Part shown: positions 24,331-38,207 of the stretch, piece after piece
Layout of the letters: each line of letters begins with the position of its first letter
Position numbering within the stretch: the first letter of the stretch is position 1
Program-made: the position numbers and the translations under genes
Notes under the pieces: generated by a model
Told to the model about the DNA's origin: nothing
Seen by the model: the letters and a program-made list of their open reading frames with translations, nothing else
Databases searched by the model: none
Source of the DNA: Antedon mediterranea
Lineage: Eukaryota; Animalia; Echinodermata
Reading direction: 5' to 3'
DNA length: 64,000 nt
Assembly (NCBI RefSeq): GCF_964355755.1
Contig: NC_092674.1
Span: 17,608,001 to 17,672,000, forward strand

Positions 24331-25228
24331 CGCCCGTATTCTTAAACCGGACTTTAGTCGTAGTTCGAGCTAAAACTAAAAAAATGACGTTATTTTAATT
24401 CATAAACCGAACTTCAACTAAATCGCCGACTAATTCAGGCCAACCTCGACTTAATCGAGACGGATTTTGATCGATTTTTTTTGTCCTGGAGGGGGCAGGC
24501 TAAATGGTCGACTAAATGGTTTTTAAACGATGTTTATGAAAAACGAAACAGTCATTGAGTTGTTATATTGGCCAGATATTGAAGAATGAAATATCTATTT
24601 TTATATTAGCTTAATTAAATATACATTGGTATATGTTATAATAATGAAAATCATCTTTATTTACAACTGTATACAAATTACATAATTTTCTACGTCACGC
24701 CATAGCGACAATGGCAGATGCGGAAATTCACCACGCGATGGAATGTTTAGGGGGCCTAGCGCTTTCTTGTCACGCTATGAAGTGCGTGGTTCGTCGTGAT
24801 CATACTTTGTTGGGGGCCTAGAAAATTTAAAGGTTACCGTACCGCCATGGTTCCTAAATATATTTATAAGATTTTGTTTGTTGTTAATCAAATATACTTC
24901 ACTGTTAAATTAATACTGATCTTGTCTGACGATTAAAATTATTTTTCATGTATATAGTCCTGATGTGTAAAAAGTGTTGTAAGAAAATGGAAAGTGATAT
25001 CAATGCGCAAAATTTCGTCTGCTCCACAAATACTCTCTTGTCATTGGCCAATGTATAGCCTTTGTTACCCAGACGTGTGCAACTTGACTAAAAGCTCGAC
25101 TTCATTAAGTCGAACTGCAAACTTAGACTACTTCGTTTTTTAATCGAATTTGAAGTAATAGCTCGAACTACGACTTTTTCAAGTCGAACTTCGAACTACG
25201 ACTAAAGTCCGGTTTAAGAATACGGGCG
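24331..25228. mobile_element. Non-autonomous DNA transposon (PIF/Harbinger-like MITE), copy 1
   Basis: 38-bp TIR CGCCCGTATTCTTAAACCGGACTTTAGTCGTAGTTCGA with its perfect reverse complement ending at 25228. Flanks are TAT and TAA (degenerate TAA TSD). No ORF. Confidence 0.88.
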
Positions 25229-26736
25229 TAAGTCGATGTCTGTAGGTCAAAACTAGGTCGATGTCTGTACGTAAAATCATTGTCGATGTCTGTACGTAAA
25301 ATCGGGGTCGATGTCTCTACGTTAAATCGTGGTCGATTTATGTACGTAAAAACGGGATCGATGTCTGCACGTAAAAACGGGTTCGATGTCTGTACGTTAA
25401 ATCAAGGTCGATGTCTATACGTAAAATCGGGGTCGATGTCTGTACGTAAAATCGGGGTACATTTCTGTATGTAAATTCAGGGTCGATGTCTGTACGTAAA
25501 AACGGAGTCGATGTCTGTAGTTCAAAACTAGGTCGATGTCTGTACGTAAAAATGGGGTCGATGTCTGTACGAAAAAACTGGGTAGATATCTGTACGTAAA
25601 ATTGGGGTCGATGTATGTACGTAAAAACGCAGTTGATGTCTGTAGTTCAAAGCTAGGTCGATGTCTGTACGTAAAATTGAGGTCGATGTCGGTACGTAAA
25701 AACTAGGTCGATGTCTGTACATAAAAACTAGGTCGATGTCTGTACGTAAAAACTAGGTCGATGTATGTACGTAAAAACTAGTTCGATGTCTGTACATAAA
25801 ATCGGGGTCGATGTCTATACATTAAATCGGGGTCGATGCCTTTACGTAAAAACGGGGTCGGTGTCTCCACGTGAAATCGGGGTCGATGTCTGTGCGTAAA
25901 ATCGGATTCGATATATGTATGTAAAAACGGGGTCAATGTCTGTACGTCAAACCTAGGTAGATGAATGTATGTAAAATCAGGGTCGATGCTGTACGTAAAA
26001 ACTAAGTCGATTTCTGTACGTAAAATCGGGATACATGTCTATACGTAAAATCAGGGTCGATTTCGATGTCTGTAGTTCAAAACTAGGTCGATGTCTGTAC
26101 GTAAAAACGGGGTCGATGTCTGCACGTAAAAACGGGGTCGATGTCTGTACGTAAAAACGTGGTCGATGTCTGTACGTAAAAACTGGGTCGATGTCTGTAC
26201 GTAAAATCGGGGTCCATATCTGTACGTAAATTCGGGATCGCTGTCATTGCATAAAAACTATGTCGAGGTCTGTAAGTAAAAACTAGGCCGATGTCTGTAC
26301 GTAAAAACTAGGTCAATGTCTGTACGTAAAAACTAGGTCGATGTCTGTATATAAAATCGGGGTCGATGTCGGTACGTTAAACGGAATCGATTTCTGTACG
26401 TAAAATAGGGATCGACGTATGTACGTAAAATCGGGGTCAATGTATGTACGTAAAATCAGGGTCGATGTCTGTACGTAAAAACGGGGTCGATGTCTGTACG
26501 TAAAAACTAGTTCGATGTCTGTACATAAAATCGGGGTCGATGTCTATACATTAAATCGGGTCGATGCCTGTACGTAAAAACGGGGTCGGTGTCTGCACGT
26601 GAAATCGGGGTCGATGTCTGTGCGTAAAATCGGATTCGATATCTGTATGTAAAAACGGGGTCGATGTCTGTACGTCAAAACTAGGTAGATGAATGTATGT
26701 AAAATCAGGGTCGATGCTGTACGTAAAAACTAAGTC
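25229..26736 (+). repeat. 21-bp satellite
   Basis: Direct tandem 21-mers resume after the MITE. Confidence 0.96.
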
Positions 26737-29700
26737 GGATGGTTTGAGTATTGAATTTTATAGACATTTTTGGGTTGATATTAAAGATATGTTATGTGAC
26801 GCTTTGAATCACTGCTATATTAGCAAAAGATTAGGCGGCTCACAAAGACTAGGTATTATAAATCAACTGTTTTAAGGCGGAAAAAGAGAAAAACTAGAAA
26901 ACTTTAGGCCTATAACACTACTGAATGTAGATTATAAAGTAATGGCTCATGTTCTCTCCAATAGAATACAAATTGTAATTGGATCTATAATTGGATATGA
27001 TCAGAAAGGTTATGTCAAAGGGAGATTTGGAGAAGAGAATATTAGGTTAGTAGAAGATGTATTGTAATATACAGAAAATAACAATCAGCCAGATGCAATA
27101 GTTTTTCTAGACTTTGCCAAGGCGTTTGATTCTATAGATAGAAATTTAATGTTTATATGTCTGAAAAAATATGGTTTTGGACAGTCATTTATTAACTGGA
27201 TAAAACTATATATACAGATACGCAATGCCTTGTAACCCACAATGGTTGGATATCTGAAAGATTCAATATGAGATGTGGTGTAAGACAGGGTTGTCCTTTG
27301 TCTGCTTTGTGAAAATGAAGATCATATTGTTAAAATAGCTCAACTAGCTGACGATACTCTAATATTTACAAAGGATGAAATTAGTTTAAACCATTTTCTG
27401 TGTGAAATTGAAATGTTCTGTTCAATATCAGGTTTAAGGTTAAATAAAAGTAAATCGAAAGGAATTTGGATTGGAGCAAATAAAAACAAACAAACATCGC
27501 CATTTAATATCAAATGGACCAAAGAACCAGTGAAATTCCTTGGAATCTACGTAGGGTATGATAAACATACTTGTGTTAAACGAAATTGGGATGATACAGT
27601 TTTAAAATTAGAGAATACACTAAAACTATGGGAAAAACGAAGCCTTACGTTTTTTGGCAAGGTAACAGTAATAAAATCTCTTGCCATTTCGAAATTAATA
27701 TACAATGCTTGTATAATAGATGTACTATCTTATATCTTTCCAAAAGTTGATACATTGTTATATAGATTTTGTGGGGAGGAAAAAGGGAAAAAATTTAAGG
27801 AAAAACTCTTATAAACGCAGTAGATAAAGGTGGTATAAATATGGTGAATTTTAATATCTTAGTGGACTCTCTGAAGTTGAGTTGGGTTAATAGACTGTTA
27901 AATCCTAACCCAGGTATTTGGAAATGTATTCCAAACTACTATATGCATCCAGTTGATTATACTGCGAATTGTAGTAAATTAAATACTGAAGCGCATACTA
28001 AATTAAACAAGGCCAACAGCCATTAAGTCGCGTGCTACAATGCATAGTGATACCGGACCGACAGACAGACAGACCGACCGACCGACATAGTGAACTATGC
28101 TGACCGAAATTACTGAACATGTTTAAAAATGTTGAAATGTTTAAAAACATTTATATTTTTTTAATTTACACGTGCGTAGCCTGTCACTTTTGACGTGCTC
28201 GTATAACGTAATTTCGAGTTGAAAAGTAAGTCAAGAAAACAGATATCGGGCAAAAAGAGTGCGGAATAACATTTAACGCGCAGTGCGCGCGCAAAAATAT
28301 GCGCACTCATGGCAATTTTGTAAACGCTTAAAATTGCCTGAAACGTACTCTTATTTCATCGAAAATAAATTTTGAAAATTTTAAGCGCGCGTACGCATGC
28401 GTTACATGCGCTACGCACGTAATTGTATTGCCATATGATGATTTATGCCCTGAAATTTATGGGTACCAAATTTTATTTAATTGTGATTCATGGTTGTGAA
28501 GATATGATTACAAACGTGATTTCGTTAAATCGTACGTAGACCACGTAATTTTTTATTGCGCACCGTGAAAACATCACCACATTGATTCCTGGCCATAAGG
28601 AATATACTGTGAAAAATTGACCTAGCTAGATTAAACTGATATCAAGATAAGGTCAGAAAGCGATAAAACGCATAGTGATACCGGACCGACAGACCGACAG
28701 ACAGACCGACAGACAGACAGACCGACCAACCGACCGACATAGTGAACTATAGAGTCGCTTCCACGCGACTAAAAATATGCCAGTATTTTATATGAATATG
28801 TTGAAAGCAGCTGTTAAATTAAACAATATTGTATATTGTTTAGAGCCGCAAAATTTACAAGAAATTAAGTCACAACACTTATGGGAAAACCAATTTATAA
28901 CATCAATTGAGGGAAAATCTTTATATTTCAACACCTGGTTAAACTCTGGATACAAAAGAGTAAATGATATAGTCGTAAATAACAAGTTATTGACTGCAGC
29001 AGAAATTATTCCAACTCTGTCGAATAAACAGAATGGATTAATTGAATACTTTGCAACAATAAATGCAATACCTGATATAGGCCTATGTAAAGAACAAATA
29101 AGGTTGGAAAATGCACGCATAGATATACAATTTAGAGAACATAATATATTTCATAATAGGATAAGATCGTCTTACGATTATAAGCAGTTTATAAATGGTA
29201 TATGTATTATTCCAAATCCTCAAATGAAATGGGAAATAGAATTTAGAGATGAAATTATTGACTGGAATTAAATATGGAATAGAAAAGTATGTAGAATGAA
29301 ACACATGGTAAAAGTAGCTCAATTTAATTTTAAGTTGTTACATCGAATCCTTATATGTAAAAAAAGACTAAAATGATGGAAATTATCCACAACAGACAAA
29401 TGTAATAAGTGTAAGAATCATATAGAAAATGAAAAACACTTATTAATTGCATGTAAAACTATTCAACCAGTCTGGAAAAAGTTTAAAGATATGCTGGTTC
29501 AGTGTCTTCCAAATGAGGTTACAGTACAGCAAGACTTCCCAAAGTGGCTTAATGTAATTTTTGGAACAACAAACAAACTTGTAAACGAATTAATTTCAGT
29601 TTTTACTTTTTGTATATATAAATCCTCCATAATATATAGAGAACTAGAAACGACAGAAAAAAAGAATCTGCAAATATTTGGGGGCTATTTAAAAATGAAA

Positions 29701-30625
29701 TTATAAACCTCATAAATAATGAGTATTCGTATAACTTTTATACTGCTGATCAGAAATGGAATAAAGACAGGATATTTGACCTATTGAATAATTAAAATAT
29801 ATATGTGCTTGAGATCTCTATCCCTACGTTTTACAATTGTATTTTATATTAGTGTGACATATGCTGTATAAGTTTTAATATAAATGTGTAGCCCTTTTTT
29901 ATTTCAAGTGATTTTAAATGGAACCCTTGATTATGTTTTTAGACAATTTTAATAACTTATATGAAATCTGTAATTATTGGTATTTATTTTTTAATATATA
30001 TATATTTTTCTATATTTGCAATATTCATATTGTATACATGTCAATGTCAATGTAATCTGCATGTATTTGTATTTGTCCAATATATATATTTTTCTATATT
30101 TGCAATATTTTATATCGTAAATACAAATTGTAAGTAGTAGTTGTACCAAGGTGACATCGGGTATGAAGTGTCTCGCACAGTGTATGGACTCTAACCTTAC
30201 GGTTTTCATTAAATATATTATTGCATGCTATCATTCTAAATATCTAACTTTCAAACCTTTGCATTCCTCTTTTTTCATTTCATCCTTTTTATCTTGGTGA
30301 AAAGGGAGGATACTACATTTTCCTCCCCTGTGTTTATAGCCTCTCTACTCGAACACAAATAAGAGCACAAATAAGATAGTTTAACAAGAAAATTTTAATC
30401 ATGTATTTTACCGCCATTTTTCTTTTTTTTTTCTAAAATTTTAATGAAAACAAATATGGTTAATACTGAATTCAAGCATCTTATTATGTAAATATACCTG
30501 TATTTTAACTACTTTAAACACTTACTTTTAATTGTCACAAATATACTTATATGTATATAATATATTCACCAATGAGAATTTAAATAAACGTGAGATGAAC
30601 TAACACAAGACAAAACAAAATTTAA
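26737..30625 (+). mobile_element. 5'-truncated, decayed L1/Tx1-type non-LTR retrotransposon (RT + CCHC), copy 1
   Basis: Fragments DGLSIEFY..FRPITLLNVDYK..LDFAKAFDS..GVRQGCPLS..QLADDTL..SGLRLNKSKS..KFLGI..CNKCKNHIENEKHLLIAC, with several stops and frameshifts. The 3' boundary is approximate. Confidence 0.9.
28006..28772 (-). mobile_element. Non-autonomous Helentron/DINE-1(HINE)-like element nested in the LINE, copy 1
   Basis: Subterminal inverted motif AGTCGCGTG/CACGCGACT, terminal hairpin AGTCGCTTCCACGCGACT, (GACA/GACC)n tracts and an AACAAG terminus. It sits in an A-run without a TSD, and removing it rejoins the LINE frame (..TKLK-NMPVFY..). Confidence 0.78.
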
Positions 30626-33600
30626 AAAATCGAGGTCGATGTCAGTACGTAAAAACGGGGTCGATGTCTGTATGTAAAATCAGGATGAATAAAAAAAAAA
30701 AAAAAAAAAAATCAGGATCGATGTCTGTACGTCAAAACTAGGTCGATGTCTGTACGTAAAAACGGGGATGATGAATGTACGTAAAATCGGGGTCGATGTA
30801 TGTACGTCAAATCGGGGTCGATGTCTCCACGTAAAATCGAGGTTGATGTCGGTACGTAAAAACTAGGTCGATGTCTGTACGTAAAAACGGAGTCGATATA
30901 TGTACGTCAAAACTACGTCGATGTCTGTTTGTAAAATCAGGGTCGACGTCTGTACGGAAAAACTAGGTCGATGTCTGTACGTAAAAACGGGATCGATGTC
31001 TGTACGTAAAATCGGGGTCAATGTCTGTACGTAAAATCGGTGTCGATGTATGTACATAAATCGGGGTCGATGTCTGTACGTTAAATCGAAGTCGATGCCT
31101 GTACGGTAAATCGGGTTCGATGTCTGTACGTAAAAACGTGGTCGATGTCTGTACCTCAAAATGGGGTCGATTTCTGTACGTCAAAACTAGGTCGATGTCT
31201 GTACGTAAAAACAGAGTCGATGTCTGTACGTAAAATCGAAGTCGATGTCGGTACGTAAAAACTAGGTCGATGTCTGTACGTAAAAACAGAGTCGATGTCT
31301 GAATGTCAAAACGGGGTCGATGTCTGTACGTCAAAACTAGGTCGATGTCTGTACGTAAAAACGGGGTTGATGTCGGTACGGAAAATCGGGGTCGATGTCT
31401 GTACGTTAAAACGGAGTCAATATATGTACGTCAAAACTAGGTCAATGTCTGTTTGTAAAATCAGGGTCGACGTCTGTACGTAAAAACTAGGTCGATGTCT
31501 GTACGTAAAAACGGGGTCGATGTCTGTACGTAAAATCGGGGTCAATGTCTGTACGTAAAATCGGGGTCGATGTATGTACATAAAATCGGGGTCGATGTCT
31601 GTACGTTAAATTGAAGTCGATACCTGTATGGTAAATCGGGTTCGATGTCTGCACGTAAAAACGTGGTCGATGTCTGTACCTCAAAATGGGGTCGATTTCT
31701 GTACGTCAAAACTAGGTCGATGTCTGTACGTGAAAACAGAGTCGATGTCTGTACGTAAAATCAAAGTCGATGTCGGTACGTAAAAACAGGTCGATGTCTG
31801 TACGTAAAAACAGAGTCGATGTCTGAATGTCAAAACGGGGTCGATGTCTGTACGTCAAAACTAGGTTTATATCTGTACGTAAAATCGGGGTCGATGTCTG
31901 TACGTCAAATCGAGGTTGATGTCTGTACGTAAAAACTGGGTCGATAACTGTACGTTAAATCCGGTCGATGTCTGTACCTAAAATCGGGGTCGATGTCTGT
32001 ACGTTAAATCGGGGTCGATTTCTGTACGTAAAATCGGGGTCGATTTCTGTACGTAAAAACTTGGTCGATGACTGTACGTAAAATCGGGGTCGATGTATGT
32101 ACGTAAAATCGAGGTCGATGTATGTACGTCAAATTGGTGTGGATGTATGTACGTCAAAACGAGGTCGATGTCGGTACGTAAAAACTAGGTCGATGTCTGT
32201 TCGTCAAAACGGGGTCGATGTCTGTACGTAAAAACGGGGTTGATGGCTGTACGTAAAATCGGGTCGATGTCTGTACGTAAAATCGTGGTCGATGTCTGTA
32301 CGTAAAAACAGAGTCGATGTCTGAATGTCAAAACGGGGTCGATGTCTGTACGTCAAAACTAGGTCGATGTCTGTACGTAAAAACGGGGTTGATGTCGGTA
32401 CGTAAAATCGGGGTCGATGTCTGTACGTAAAAACGGAGTCGATATATGTACGTCAAAACTAGGTCGATGTCTGTTTGTAAAATCAGGGTCGACGTATGTA
32501 CGTAAAAACTAGGTCGATGTCTGTACGTCAAAACGGGGTCGATGTCTGTACGTAAAATCGGGGTCAATGTCTGTACGTAAAATCGGGGTCAATGTCTGTA
32601 CGTAAAATCGGGGTCGATGTATGTACATAAAATCGGGGTCGATGTCTGTACGTTAAATCGAAGTCGATGCCTGTACGGTAAATCGGGTTCGATGTCTGTA
32701 CGTAAAAACAGAGTCGATGTCTGAATGTCAAAACGGGGTCGATGTCTGTACGTCAAAACTAGGTCGATGTCTGTACGTAAAATCGGGGTCAATGTCTGTA
32801 CGTCAAATCGAGGTTGATGTCTGTACGTAAAAACTGGGTCGATAACTGTACGTTAAATCCGGTCGATGTCTGTACCTAAAATCGGGGTCGATGTCTGTAC
32901 GTAAAATCGGGGTCGATTTCTGTACGTAAAATCGGGGTCGATTTCTGTACGTAAAAACTTGGTCGATGACTGTACGTAAAATCGGGGTCGATGTATATGT
33001 ACGTAAAATCGTGGTCGATGTATGTACGTCAAGTTGGTGTGGCTGTCTGTACGTAAAATCGGGGTCGATGCCTGTACGTCAAAACGAGGTCGATGTCGGT
33101 ACGTAAAAACTAGGTCGATGTCTGTTTGTCAAAACGGGTTCGATGTCTGTACGTAAAAATGGGGTTGATGGCTGTACGTAAAATCGGGTCGATGTCTGTA
33201 CGTAAAATCGTGGTCTATGTATGTACGTAAAATCGGGGTCGATGTCTGTACGTAAATCGAGGTTGATGTCTGTACGTAAAAACTTGGTCAATGACTGTAC
33301 GTAAAATCGGGGTCCATGTATGTACTTAAAATCGGGTTCGATGTATGTACGTTAAATCGGGATCGATGTCTGTACGTAAAATCGGGGTCGATGTCTGTAC
33401 GTAAAAACTGGGTCGATCTCTGTACGTAAAATCGGGGTCGATGTCTGTACGTAAATACGGGATCGATGCCTGTTCGTGAAATCGGGGTCGTTGTCTTTAC
33501 GTAAAATCGCTGTCGATGTATGTACGTCAAAGCGGGGTCGATATCTGTACGTTAAAACTAGGTCGATGTCTGTAAGTAAAATCGGGGATCTGTCTGTACG

Positions 33601-36600
33601 TAAAATTGAGGTCGATGTCGGTACGTAAAAACGGGGTCGATGTCTGTATGTAAAATCAGGGTCGATGTCTGTACGTAAAAACTAGGTCGATGTCTGTACG
33701 TAAAAACGGAGTCGATATATGTACGTCAAAACTAGGTCGATGTCTGTTTGTAAAATCAGGGTCGATGTCTGTACGTAAAAACTAGGTCGATGTCTGTACG
33801 TAAAAACGGGGTCGATGTCTATACGTAAAATCGGGGTCGATGTCTACGTAAAATCGGGGTCGATGTATGTACATAAAATCGGGGTCGATGTCTGTACGTT
33901 AAATCGGAATCGATGCCTGTACGGTAAATCGGGTTCGATGTCTGTACCTCAAAACGGGGTCGATTTCTGTACGTCAAAACGGGGTCGATATCTGTATGTC
34001 AAAACTTGGTCGATGTCTGTACGCAAAAACGGGGTTGATGGCTGTACGTAAAATCGGGGTCGATGTATGTACGTAAAATCAGGTTCGATGTATGTATGTT
34101 AAATCGGGGTCGATGTCTGTACGTAAAATCGCGGTCGATGTCTGTACGTAAAAACTGGGTCGATCTCTTTACGTAAAATAGGGGTCGATGTATGTACGTA
34201 AAATCGGGGTCGGTGTCTGTACGTAAATAGGGGATCGATGTCTGTTCGTGAAATCGGGGTCGTTGTCTTTACGTTAAATCGGAGTCGATGCCTGTACGGT
34301 TAATCGGGTTCGATGTCTGAACGTAAAAACGTGGTCGATGTCTGTACCTCAAAACGGGGTCGATTTCTGTACGTCAAAACGGGGTCGATATATGTACGTA
34401 AAAACGGGGTTTATGGCTGTACGTAAAATTGGGGTCGATGTCTGAACGTAAAATCGGGGTCGATGTCTGTACGTAAAAACTGGGTCGTTCTCTGTACGTA
34501 AAATAGAGGTCGATGTATGTACGTAAAATCGGGGTCGATGTATGTACGTAAAATAGGGATCGATGTCTGTACGTAAAAACTGGGTCGATGACTGTACGTA
34601 AAATCGGGTCGATGTCTGTACGTAAAATCGGGGTCGATGTCTGTACGTAAAATCGGGGTCGATGTCTGTACGTAAAAACGGGGTTGATGGCTGTACGTAA
34701 AATCGAGGTCGATGTATGTACGTAAAATCGGGGTCGATGCCTCTACGTAAAATCGAGGTTGATGTCGGTACGTAAAAACGGAGTCGATATATGTACGTCA
34801 AAACTAGGTCGATGTCTGTTTGTAAAATCAGGGTCGATGTCTGTACGTAAAAACTAGGTCGATGTATGTACGTAAAATCGGGTTCGATGTCTGTACGTAA
34901 AAACTAGGTCGATGTCAGTTAATAAATACAGGTCGATGTATGTACGTAAAATCGGGGTCGATATATGTACGTAAAATAGGGATCGTCGGTACGTAAAATC
35001 GAGGTTGATGTCTGTACGTAAAAACTGGGTCGATGACTGTATGTAAAATCGGGTCGATGTCTGTACGTAAAATCGGGGTCGATGTCTGTACGTAAAATCG
35101 GGGTCGATGTATGTACGTAAAATAGGGATCGATGTCGGTACGTAAAATTGAGGTTGATGTCTGTACCTAAAAACTGGGTTGATGACTGTACGTGAAAGCG
35201 GGTCGATGTCTGTACGTAAAATCGGGGTCGATGTCTGTATGTAAAATCGGGGTCGATATCTGTACGTAAATTCGGGGTCGATTTCTGTACGTAAAAACTT
35301 GGTCGATGTCGGTACGTAAAAACTAGGTCGATGTCTTTACGTAAAAACGGGGTCGATGTCTGTATGTCAAAACTAGGTCGATGTCTGTACGTAAAATCAG
35401 GGTCGCTGTCTGTACGTAAAATCGAGGTCGGTATCGGTACATGAAAACTAGGTCGATGTCTGTACGTAAGCGGAGTCGATATCTGTACGTCAAAACTAGG
35501 TCGATGTCTGTACGTAAAAACGGGGTTGATGGCTGTACGTAAAATCGGGGTCGATGTATGTACGTAAAATCGGGGTTGATGTATGTACGTCAAAACTAGA
35601 TCGATGTCTGTACGTAAATACGGGATCGATGTCTGTACGTGAAATCGGTGTCGATGTATGTTCGTCAAAACGGGGTCGATGTCTGTTCGTCAAAACGGGG
35701 TCGATGTCTCTACGTAAAATCGGGGTCGATGTCTGTACGTAAAGTCGAGGTAGATGTCGGTACATAAAAACTAGGTCGATGTCTGTACGTAAAAGCGGAG
35801 TGGATATCTGTATGTAAAAACGGGGTCGATGTCTGTACGTCAATACTAGGTCGATGTCTTTATGTAAAATCAGGGGCGATGTCTCTACGTAAAAACTAGG
35901 TCGATGTCTGTACGTAAAATCATGGTCGATGTCTGTACGTAAAATCGGGGTCGATGTCTGTAAGTGAAATCGGGGTCGTTTTCTTTGCGTAAAATCTGTG
36001 TCGATGTCTGTACGTCAAAACGGAGTCGATATCTGTACGTCAAAACTAGGTCGATGTCTGTACGTAAAATCGGGGTCGCTGTCTGTACGTTAAATTGAGG
36101 TCGATGTCGGTACGTAAAAACTAGGTCGATGTCTGTACGTAAAAACGGGGTCGATGTCTGTACGTAAAATCGGTGTCGATGTATGTACGTAAAAACTAGG
36201 TCGATGTCTGTACGTAAAAGCGGAGTGGATATCTGTATGTAAAAAAGGGGTCGATGTCTGTACGTCAATACTAGGTCGATGTCTTTATGTAAAATCAGGG
36301 GCGATGTCTGTACGTAAAAACTAGGTCGATGTCTGTACGTAAAATCATGGTCGATGTCTGTACGTAAAATCGGGGTCGATGTCTGTAAGTGAAATCGGGG
36401 TCGTTTTTTTTGCGTAAAATCTGTGTCGATGTCTGTACGTCAAAACGGAGTCGATATCTGTACGTCAAAACTAGGTCGATGTCTGTACGTAAAATCGGGG
36501 TCGCTGTCTGTACGTTAAATTGAGGTCGATGTCGGTACGTAAAAACTAGGTCGATGTCTGTACGTAAAAACGGGGTCGATGTCTGTACGTAAAATCGGTG

Positions 36601-36715
36601 TCGATGTATGTACGTAAAAACTAGGTCGATGTCTGTACGTAAAAACGGGGTCGTTGTCTGCACTTAAAAACGGGGTCGATGTCGGTACGTAAATTCTGAG
36701 TAGATTTCTGTACGT
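30626..36715 (+). repeat. 21-bp satellite, long block
   Basis: Direct tandem 21-mers; source of the many YRHRPRFYVQTST ORFs. Confidence 0.97.
30687..30707 (+). mobile_element. Minimal retrotransposition product: GAAT + poly(A) with an 11-bp TSD
   Basis: AAAATCAGGAT (30676-30686) and AAAATCAGGAT (30708-30718) flank GAAT(A)n inside one satellite unit. Confidence 0.75.
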
Positions 36716-37594
36716 TCCTATTAATCAAATAATCAACACAAAATTTCTTGGTATATTTATTGACGACAGACTTGTCTGGAAAGCCCATGTTAATTACCTT
36801 TGCAAATTATTATCAAAACATGTTGGCATGAGGTATAAATTGAAATCAATATTTCCTCAAAAAGTATTAAATATTTTATATTCTACTCTTATATTATCGT
36901 ACTTAAATTATGGTGTTCTTGCTTGGGGAAATGCTTCAAAAACAATTATTACTAAAATTTGATTAATCCAGAAACGAGCTGTCAAAATTATCTCAGGGTG
37001 CTCACACCCAAGATCTCTTTCAAAAAAAAAATATTAAAAATTGAGGACCTCTATACATTTAATGTTGGAGTCATCATGTTTCAATTAACCGCTGGACACT
37101 TACCACCCATAATATCCAGTAAATTCACTCAAAATAAACAATATCACACTCACCAAACAAGACAAAAAGATCACCTGCCACTTACTCGATCTAGTCTTAA
37201 AATGAACACCCTTGTATACACGGGACCTAAACTCTGGAATTCTCTTCCTTTATCACTTAAACAATCTCATAACTGTGCCTTATTTAAACGTCAATTTAAA
37301 GTATTATTGGTTGAAGGTTCTTTGTAAATTCTTTTATTATTTACTATTTGGATATTTCTTAAATAATTTATATAATCTATTTTTTACTTGTTTTTTAGTT
37401 TTAAACATGTTAAACTTATGTGTTAGAGAAAAGATAATAGTTAAATTGTTGTTTTTTTTTGGAGTTTCTAATTGTGTTATATTATTTATATATTATTATT
37501 TGTTTTGAGGAGCCTATTCACCACAGGCTTTGCTTTCTTTTAGGCTCCTCCACTTTATATTTATATATTTGTAAAGTGAAATAAATAAATGAAA
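36716..37594 (+). mobile_element. 3' fragment of an L2/CR1-group (Crack/Daphne-like) LINE
   Basis: Translates as TKFLGIFIDDRLVWKAHVNYLC..LYSTLILSYLNYGVLAWGNAS..YTGPKLWNSLPLSLKQS..FKRQFK. The 3' UTR has the inverted pair GGAGCCTA..TAGGCTCC and an AAATAAAT tail. Confidence 0.85.
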
Positions 37595-37861
37595 CATTGC
37601 CGCCAAGCAAAACATGTTGATGCTCAACGCGTGACACACATGAGAAAATCTTTTTACTCACCACATTGACAACCAACCATGATGGAAGGTGAACAATCGG
37701 CCCTGGTGCATTTTGGCCAGCATGCCAAAAAAATGTTTGTAAAAGAATGTAGTGGGAAAATGGAGATATTGGAGAAATGTGCTGATGTACGTAAGGACAA
37801 ATTTAAGCGTCTTGTGTTTCTTTCTTATTTTTGATTATGTTTTCTTTTGTTATTTGTAATT

Positions 37862-38204
37862 CCTCTAGTTGTTCCCATGCACTGACGTCTGTGGCTTCAT
37901 CTGCAGACAATCCGTATATACCACCACCATCCTTTATTCTGCTTACAAGTTGTTGCTGAATGTCCTCTGACATACAGTTGAGCCATTGAGTTGTTGTGGT
38001 CTTAGAAATATAGCTGGCGTTTCGAGCGCAACTACTTAAATGGTCATTAAGCGACTCATCACTTTCTGCCATAAGTCGCAGCAACTCCTTTAAATTGCCC
38101 ATGTGTGTGTCTGTGAAGGCAAGAAGTGATCCATCATCACTGTGACCTCGTATGGATATCCCTTGTCGTCCACAATACTCCAGTGCACGAATTACCGAAA
38201 ACAT
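37862..38204 (-). pseudogene. hAT transposase fragment (ZMYM1/THAP12-PRKRIR-like, DUF4371 region)
   Basis: YCGRQGISIRGH..GNLKELLRL..LNDHL..RNASYISKT..LSADEATDVSAWEQL; truncated at both ends. Confidence 0.88.
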
Positions 38205-38207
38205 AAC

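Noticed and set aside
30863-36663. Many YRHRPRFYVQTST and MSVRKIGVDVCT ORFs (also 58085-62143)
   Set aside because: They are translations of a 21-bp (3n) satellite in several frames and on both strands.
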